Below are positions 58,076 to 64,000 of a stretch of DNA of 64,000 nucleotides, in pieces. The notes beneath the pieces are model-generated. The model saw nothing but the letters and a program-made list of their open reading frames with translations, was not told the DNA's origin and did no database searches. Within the stretch, counting starts at the first letter, position 1. Each line of letters starts with the position of its first letter. Source of the DNA: a virus. A program made the position numbers and the translations under genes. Where the stretch lies: positions 26,516 through 90,515 of IMG/VR virus record IMGVR_UViG_3300002138_000190. One strand, 5' to 3'.

Positions 58076-58145
58076 GTATCCCCTTATCTTATTTAGATTT
58101 AAATTAATAAATAACTTTTTTTTATTAATGTTAAATAAATAAAAT

Positions 58146-58589
58146 ATGGGAATTAAAAATAACAATGAAGAAAATAATGCTGATAACTTTCAGATTAACA
58201 GTTATATCCTTGAAATTCATGATTTAACTACAAGAGTTGATGAAAGGGTAAAAACTGTTTTCAAGCAATTAAGTGAAACTGATAAGAAACTTGAAAAAAT
58301 TAGAGATAATTATGCTGCATTAATAACTAAAATTAATGCCATAGAATTTCACGAAATTCCCTGTATTGCCAAAAAAATAGATCAAGTTAAAAATGATTTA
58401 GATTCTTTTGAAGATGAATTTGAAAAACATGTTTCTAAGTTACAAAGATATGAAAACTATACTAAAGAACTTAAATCATTTAAAAAAACAACTGAAGAAA
58501 AGTTAAAATCAACATTTGATATTGTTTTCAAAGTAATCATGACCCTAGTTTCAGCATATATAATTTATTCGTTAGGATGGAACAAATAA
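58146..58589 (+). CDS. Coiled-coil protein with a C-terminal transmembrane helix (holin/XhlA-like architecture)
   Basis: DLTTRVDERVK coiled coil; C-terminal IVFKVIMTLVSAYIIYSLGW. Confidence 0.6.
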   Translation: MGIKNNNEENNADNFQINSYILEIHDLTTRVDERVKTVFKQLSETDKKLEKIRDNYAALITKINAIEFHEIPCIAKKIDQVKNDLDSFEDEFEKHVSKLQRYENYTKELKSFKKTTEEKLKSTFDIVFKVIMTLVSAYIIYSLGWNK

Positions 58590-59848
58590 TGGAAGACATA
58601 ATACCAAAAATTAAATTAAATAAAAAATCACAAAGTGATATATTAAAACCTTTGACGATAGATCATGAAAATCATCCATCTCTCCAAAGAATTGTTGATG
58701 CTTTTGAAAATTCTGACAAAGTAACTTTGGGTTACTCAACTTTGGACAAAGATGATAGTATGTCCAAGCCTTCATTGAAAAAGAAACTAATCTATTTAAC
58801 TGGTGCATCTTTAAGAGATCATCTATTCAATAAAACATTTCAAAAGTATGAATTAGTTACCAATGCAACTCCTGAAGAAATAAGAATGATCTTAAATTTT
58901 TATAAGTTTAGTGAATTTAAGCCTTATGATAAAAAAAATTCAAGTAAGTACTCCAAACTTGAAGCAACATCTATGAATCCTTTTAAATATTATGCTAGTA
59001 AGTGGGATTCATATGGTAACGAAATGGGCTTTGAAATTATTGTTAGAAATCAAATTTTACATCTTGATACCTTGGATAAAAATCCAAAGTATCTTTTAGA
59101 ATCCCCAAATTTAAGAAAATTTACATCTTCTGTTCATGATGATGCTATGTCAAGAGATATTTCAGTAAATGCAATTTATTTGAAATTAAAAAATTCTGAT
59201 GGCGAAAATACAGAATTATATGACCCAATTAGAGGGGTTCATGATATTATTCATGGTGAAATCAATCTTATAGGAAAAGATCATAATAAATTTGAAGAAA
59301 ATCCTGATTTGATGTTTAAATTAGTTGAAGCAAGTACAAGGTTTTCTGATAACAATAAATTGTCTGAAAACAATTTGAATACTATTAAATCAAACTATAA
59401 AAAAGTTAAAAATTTACCTAAATTATTTAAAAAAAGTTATACTTCTGCTATCAGTAATGAAGATGTTCCTACTTATCATTATCTTAAAAACTTATATGTG
59501 TCTGGTCTTTTGTTTAAATTATTTCCAAAATTGAAAATAACCCCACCTAATATGAGTTTATTTGATGATTATGTTTTTATTACAGCATATATTCTACAAA
59601 ACAACAATGATGGACTTATATTTAGTTCTTTGACTAGTATGGATTGGAATAAGTTTGAAATTAAAGAAATTGTTTTTGTCAAGTCTTTAATTGATTGGGC
59701 TAAAAATAATGATGAAGACTTATTAAAGAAAATTCTGATTCAGTTTACAGACATTCCTGTTAAGAAAACAATTGATTTCATGAAAATTTTCAATAAAGAA
59801 AAAGAATTTAAAAGATTATTAGAGAAATATTCTTCTGGTGTTATTTAA
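58577..59848 (+). CDS. CCA-adding enzyme / poly(A) polymerase homolog with degenerate catalytic motifs
   Basis: YLTGASLRD, (K-Y-E)LVTNATPEEI, DDAMSRDISVNA and YDPIRGVHDI...I.LIG...F.ENP. The fold is recognisable but DxD, RRD and EDxxR are altered. Confidence 0.8.
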   Translation: MEQIMEDIIPKIKLNKKSQSDILKPLTIDHENHPSLQRIVDAFENSDKVTLGYSTLDKDDSMSKPSLKKKLIYLTGASLRDHLFNKTFQKYELVTNATPEEIRMILNFYKFSEFKPYDKKNSSKYSKLEATSMNPFKYYASKWDSYGNEMGFEIIVRNQILHLDTLDKNPKYLLESPNLRKFTSSVHDDAMSRDISVNAIYLKLKNSDGENTELYDPIRGVHDIIHGEINLIGKDHNKFEENPDLMFKLVEASTRFSDNNKLSENNLNTIKSNYKKVKNLPKLFKKSYTSAISNEDVPTYHYLKNLYVSGLLFKLFPKLKITPPNMSLFDDYVFITAYILQNNNDGLIFSSLTSMDWNKFEIKEIVFVKSLIDWAKNNDEDLLKKILIQFTDIPVKKTIDFMKIFNKEKEFKRLLEKYSSGVI

Positions 59849-59855
59849 TTAGTAA

Positions 59856-60689
59856 GTGAAATTCATAACAATAGTTGAAAATGTGCCATTTTATCAATGG
59901 CAAATAGAACTTTTAATACAATCCTTTAAAACATATAATTTACAGGATGATCTATATGTTTTTTTAATTGGTGAAAACAATAAAATGTTTTTTAAAAATA
60001 TTGATCAGTTTGAAAATTTGTATTACATTAAAGAAAACTCTAAAAGATTTGGATTTAATTATTTTGATTTTTACGAATCAATTATTTATTTCAAACAAAA
60101 TAATCCAGATGAAGATTTTTGCATAATTGATCCTGATTGTATTTTGAACAAAAATGATTTTTCTTTTTTCAACGATAAAAATATATTTTACCAAGCAGAA
60201 ATCATTAAAAAAGATTATATAGACAAAGCTTTAGTAGGATTAATTCTTAAAACAGTACAACAAATTTGTTCTGTTTTTTATTTTTCAAAAGATATTAGTA
60301 TTGATTTCTTTAAAAAAAGTTTATACGCAACTGAAGAATTTATAATTGAAATTTTGAAAACCAATGAAATAGATGTTGTTGCAAGTGATTACAATATTTT
60401 TAAATATGGATTATTATTAGTTGCAATTTTAGACGAAAAAACTATTTCCGCATCTTTTGATTCAGTAATTTTCCCACAAAACAATCATTCAGATGCCATT
60501 TTTCTTTCTTACAAACACAGCATTATGCCTTTTTTTAAAAAAAATGATTTCAAGTTTGATAGAAATAACATTATAATTATGCATCCTGAAAGTCCATTTG
60601 AAAATTTAATGGAACTTCCTGATTTCCCCAATTGTATTCCATTGAAGAAAATTGCAATATCTTATGAGAAAAAATTAGATGAAATATGA
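59856..60689 (+). CDS. Putative GT-A glycosyltransferase resembling plant HPAT/SGT1 protein O-glycosyltransferases
   Basis: GTG start; N-terminal YQWQIELLIQSF and a DxD motif in FCIIDPDCIL. Confidence 0.5.
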   Translation: MKFITIVENVPFYQWQIELLIQSFKTYNLQDDLYVFLIGENNKMFFKNIDQFENLYYIKENSKRFGFNYFDFYESIIYFKQNNPDEDFCIIDPDCILNKNDFSFFNDKNIFYQAEIIKKDYIDKALVGLILKTVQQICSVFYFSKDISIDFFKKSLYATEEFIIEILKTNEIDVVASDYNIFKYGLLLVAILDEKTISASFDSVIFPQNNHSDAIFLSYKHSIMPFFKKNDFKFDRNNIIIMHPESPFENLMELPDFPNCIPLKKIAISYEKKLDEI

Positions 60690-61761
60690 TTATATTGTCT
60701 GTGGATCAGGATTAGTAGGTGCTGTCTTTGCAAGAAAAATGCATGATAATAAAAAAACTGTTTTAGTTATCGACAAAAGAAAACATGTTGCTGGCAACTG
60801 TTACACAGAGAAAATAAATGGAATTAATGTGCATAAGTATGGATGTCATATATTTCATACAAATAAAGAAAATGTTTGGGATTTCTTAAACCAATTTTCA
60901 AAATTTAATAATTATAGGCACAAAGGCATTGTGAATTATAATGGTAAAATCTTTAGCTTTCCATTAAACCTAATGACATTTTCACAATTGTGGAATGTTA
61001 AAACTCCTGATGAAGCTATTAAAAAAATAGAAACAGAAAAAATAAAAATTGAAAACCCAAAAAACTTAGAGGAATGGTGTCTTGCAAATGTTGGAAAAGA
61101 AATATATAAAATTTTTATAAAAGAATATACAAGTAAACAATGGAACAAAAATCCAAAAGATTTGCCTATAAGCATAATAAAAAGAATTCCAATTAGATTT
61201 GACTTCAATGATGATTATTTCCATACATCAAATTATCAAGGCATACCAGAGAATGGATATACAAATTTAATAAATAATATTCTAGATGGTATTAGAGTTG
61301 AATTAAATACTGATATTTTTAAAACTAATTGGAAAAGTTATGCTAATAAATTAATATATTGTGGTGCAATAGATCAATATTATGAATATTGCTTTGGAAA
61401 ATTAGAATATAGAAGTCTGCGTTGGGAACACAAAGAAGTAAATGGAGATTTTCAAGGACATTCTGTTGTTAACTATACAGACAGTAAAACAAAATTTACT
61501 AGAATCATAGAACACAAACATTTTGATAAACTTAAATTTGATAAATCAATTGTAAGTTATGAATTTCCTCAAGATTTTAAAGATAAAAATGAGCCATACT
61601 ATCCAATAAATGACGAGAAGAATAATTTAATTTATTCAAAGTATAAGAAAATTCATAATCCAAATGTTGTTTTTACAGGAAGATTAGGAATTTACAAGTA
61701 CATTGACATGGATGATGCTGTTTCTTTAGCTTTTAAAAATGCAGAAAATGAGCTAACTTAA
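60679..61761 (+). CDS. glf: UDP-galactopyranose mutase
   Basis: FAD motif CGSGLVG, HVAGNCY, HKYGCHIFHT, YQGIP..GYT, LEYRSL, TRIIEHKHF, EPYYP and GRLG.YKY.DMD. Confidence 0.95.
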   Translation: MKYDYIVCGSGLVGAVFARKMHDNKKTVLVIDKRKHVAGNCYTEKINGINVHKYGCHIFHTNKENVWDFLNQFSKFNNYRHKGIVNYNGKIFSFPLNLMTFSQLWNVKTPDEAIKKIETEKIKIENPKNLEEWCLANVGKEIYKIFIKEYTSKQWNKNPKDLPISIIKRIPIRFDFNDDYFHTSNYQGIPENGYTNLINNILDGIRVELNTDIFKTNWKSYANKLIYCGAIDQYYEYCFGKLEYRSLRWEHKEVNGDFQGHSVVNYTDSKTKFTRIIEHKHFDKLKFDKSIVSYEFPQDFKDKNEPYYPINDEKNNLIYSKYKKIHNPNVVFTGRLGIYKYIDMDDAVSLAFKNAENELT

Positions 61762-62541
61762 TTTTTTTATTTTTAAAATAGGGTTTAAAATACTTAAGTT
61801 TTTTGACGAGCCAGTAAAACTTATACAAGGTATTTTCCATACAATAAATATTAAAACTTCTAAGAACAATATGAAATAAAAATTAATGTATTTTTCAAAA
61901 TGTTTTTTTTCTAGCTCAAAAACATTTATTGTTTTTTTCATTTGACGAGCTAAATTTTTATTATCTAAAAGAATTTTGAAAGTTGTATCTTTGCAAATAA
62001 ATAATTTTTTATAAAAGCATATGAATGCAAATAAGTATTCATATTTTTTCTTGAAAAAACAAGTTTCTACTTTTTTTGAGAATGCTTCAAAAAGTACAAC
62101 TCTGCTAATTGCAAAATAATAAGTATTAGATGCATGTGTTTTGTACAAGTTACAATTTATTTTATGGTAGAATCTTGGCTCTTCAGTTATAATTTGTTTA
62201 AAAGCACTACAACTAGTAGTAAAATCAATAATTCCTGCTTTTTCTTTATATTTTCCATAGTACCAAGAAGTTCTTTCTATTGTCTCTAATAAATATTTTT
62301 CATCAGCAGAAATATTTACAAATAAAAATTGTTTGTGGGTTTTTTTAAAAGCTATTCGTTCTAGTATTTTATTCATGTACTTAGATTTTACATTTATTAA
62401 TTTTTTACTTTTACAATCAAGTTCTTTTCCAAAGTTTAAAAACAAAAAACTTATTTTGTTGTTTTTGCAAAGATGTAATAGTTTTTTGTTTATTTTTTCT
62501 TTTTCGTTTCTTACGAATATTATCATCGTTTCATCAAGCAT
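61753..62541 (-). CDS. Hypothetical protein
   Basis: 262-aa ORF coupled to the upstream gene; hydrophobic C-terminus. Confidence 0.55.
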   Translation of the reverse strand: MLDETMIIFVRNEKEKINKKLLHLCKNNKISFLFLNFGKELDCKSKKLINVKSKYMNKILERIAFKKTHKQFLFVNISADEKYLLETIERTSWYYGKYKEKAGIIDFTTSCSAFKQIITEEPRFYHKINCNLYKTHASNTYYFAISRVVLFEAFSKKVETCFFKKKYEYLFAFICFYKKLFICKDTTFKILLDNKNLARQMKKTINVFELEKKHFEKYINFYFILFLEVLIFIVWKIPCISFTGSSKNLSILNPILKIKKLS

Positions 62542-63307
62542 TAAAAAGATCCTTATTTTTTACTGGATGAACCACACATGTTTTTTCAGTTAATTCATTT
62601 TTTTTAATAGATGGTTGAAATCTCATTCTGTAAAAGTTACTCATCCCTGTGTATTTCTCAACTTTTTTCGAGCATAAATTAAAAACCCCATGTTTTAGCA
62701 CCATGCAAGCAGTTGGTATAAAAACTTCTGCCATGTCATATTGGAAAAAATTTGGGTAATTATAGCAGTCAGGTATTAAAGTTGAATAATTTAAAAAATC
62801 TGGAAGTAATTTTTCACACAATTGTTTCATGAAAACACTCCCAATAAAGTAACAACATCCCAACATGCAAAAATGAGTACGAATAACTTTCTTAAAGAAT
62901 TTTTGAAACAAATAACCATCACAAAAAATACCTCTAAAATCAGAAGTTACTAATTGATAATTTTTATTAAGCAAACTTAAATCTTTTTTTATTGTGTCAT
63001 TTAAAATAAAATTATCATACTCGCAATAGCAGTACCATTTTTTATCTGGAAATTTCTTATAAGTTTCAATTAAGTTATAAAAAACATTTCTGTATGGATT
63101 TCTTCTAAAATTATGTTTAAATCCTTTTATTATTGTAACATCTTTGAATTTATCTAAAGGCCAAGAATCATATCCAGATTCTTCTATTAGCATGTGTATG
63201 TTTTCAGTTAGATTCATTTGCAAAAGATTTACATTTGTCCTTACTATAAAAGGATCAGCATGCACATTAAGAGCAACCGCAATGTCTTCAGATAACACCA
63301 TATACAA
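62534..63307 (-). CDS. Putative GT-A-fold glycosyltransferase
   Basis: PDKKWYCYCEYDNFI (DxD-like ExD after an aromatic strand); lies next to glf. Confidence 0.4.
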   Translation of the reverse strand: MYMVLSEDIAVALNVHADPFIVRTNVNLLQMNLTENIHMLIEESGYDSWPLDKFKDVTIIKGFKHNFRRNPYRNVFYNLIETYKKFPDKKWYCYCEYDNFILNDTIKKDLSLLNKNYQLVTSDFRGIFCDGYLFQKFFKKVIRTHFCMLGCCYFIGSVFMKQLCEKLLPDFLNYSTLIPDCYNYPNFFQYDMAEVFIPTACMVLKHGVFNLCSKKVEKYTGMSNFYRMRFQPSIKKNELTEKTCVVHPVKNKDLFNA

Positions 63308-63800
63308 AATCCCATCTGCTATTTTTGATCAAATTGCCTTTATTGACATTTTCTAAATAATAATAAATTTCATTCCATGAATTAAAAAATATTTCATGTT
63401 TCATAAAACCATAATACCATATTGGGATATTTTCTTTCCCTTCAGGACAAATTAACATAACAGGTTTTTTCATATTATTTGCATTTATTATTTCATTGTG
63501 AGTTCCAACTGTTGGAACTTTATATGGCAAGTAAGCAATTAAAGCATCACAACGATCAACCATAGTCAAATCTTTCCTAACAAATTTATTTGCAATTTCA
63601 GTTAATTTATTGAAATTTTTTTCTTCTTTGTATTGATTGATTTTATCAATCCATTGTTGTTTTGGATCAGAAAATGGATCAAAAACATTAATGTTAAATT
63701 TTACTTTTAAATTTTCAATAACATCTTTTCTCCAATTGATTTCACTTCCAAATTCTATTGGGCCTGATAAATAAAAGTTACTGTTTTTTAAATAATTCAT
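63288..63800 (-). CDS. Nucleoside 2-deoxyribosyltransferase / N-glycosidase-like protein
   Basis: FYLSGPI, VFDP, DLTMVDRCDALIA and GTHNEII (catalytic Glu). ATG at 63800 (track start 63848). Confidence 0.8.
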   Translation of the reverse strand: MNYLKNSNFYLSGPIEFGSEINWRKDVIENLKVKFNINVFDPFSDPKQQWIDKINQYKEEKNFNKLTEIANKFVRKDLTMVDRCDALIAYLPYKVPTVGTHNEIINANNMKKPVMLICPEGKENIPIWYYGFMKHEIFFNSWNEIYYYLENVNKGNLIKNSRWDFVYGVI

Positions 63801-63910
63801 GAAACTTCCCTTTAATTTAAATTTAACAATATTTCTTGTGAAAATCAATTAAAAAAAAAAATTATTACTATTTTGAATAATAATAATATAAACTTAGAAA
63901 GGCAAATAAA

Positions 63911-64000
63911 ATGATTGTATTACCGTTAGATATTAAGCTTCAATGTACTTTTGGTGTTGTTGATACAGAAACCAATTCGATTATTAAAAAAGAAGGTTTT
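63911..64000 (+). CDS. N-terminus of a gene truncated by the window edge
   Basis: RBS GAAAGG, ATG at 63911, open to the end: MIVLPLDIKLQCTFGVVDTETNSIIKKEGF. Confidence 0.55.
   Translation, partial: MIVLPLDIKLQCTFGVVDTETNSIIKKEGF

Noticed and set aside
1-64000. Stop-codon reassignment, common in some large phages
   Set aside because: Genes up to 8 kb are intact in code 11, and TAG and TGA both serve as real stops (for example 14670, 15519, 22645, 40298).
1-64000. Eukaryotic giant virus origin, suggested by the actin-like, HPAT-like and M36-like genes
   Set aside because: The gp23/gp20/gp17/gp21 head genes, myovirus baseplate, SD sequences and Rho-independent terminators indicate a tailed prokaryotic virus.
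1-64000. tRNA, rRNA or structured ncRNA genes
   Set aside because: No T-loop or cloverleaf signature was seen by eye, and intergenic gaps are short and AT-rich; tRNAscan-SE or Infernal would be needed to exclude them fully.

Overview
AT-rich (roughly 70% or more by eye), densely coding segment of a large T4-superfamily myovirus, probably a jumbo phage, read in standard code 11. Most genes are on the minus strand. Head module: gp17-like terminase, gp20-like portal interrupted by a 231-aa intein, prohead core and scaffold genes, gp21 protease and gp23 major capsid protein. Tail module: a 2663-aa tape measure protein, tube initiator, gp53/LysM-like, hub, gp5/VgrG-like spike, gp25, gp6/J, a gp7-like wedge protein and three paralogous PKD-domain appendage proteins. 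No sheath or tube gene is recognisable in the window. Interleaved accessory genes include a bacterioferritin-like protein, an M4/M36-type Zn protease, a poly-acidic protein, a Cas4-like nuclease, a primase, an actin-like ATPase operon, a CCA-adding-enzyme homolog lacking its catalytic motifs, UDP-galactopyranose mutase and several intact or eroded glycosyltransferase-like genes. Top leads: (1) a candidate late-expressed furanose-sugar system that may glycosylate the virion; (2) the capsid insertion domain duplicated inside a baseplate protein (28/78 identities, ungapped); (3) a pseudo-CCA enzyme; (4) an actin-like operon; (5) a TAAATA motif that splits genes into SD-led and apparently leaderless classes. 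No tRNA, rRNA or CRISPR array was seen. All family assignments come from motif recognition by eye, not database searches.
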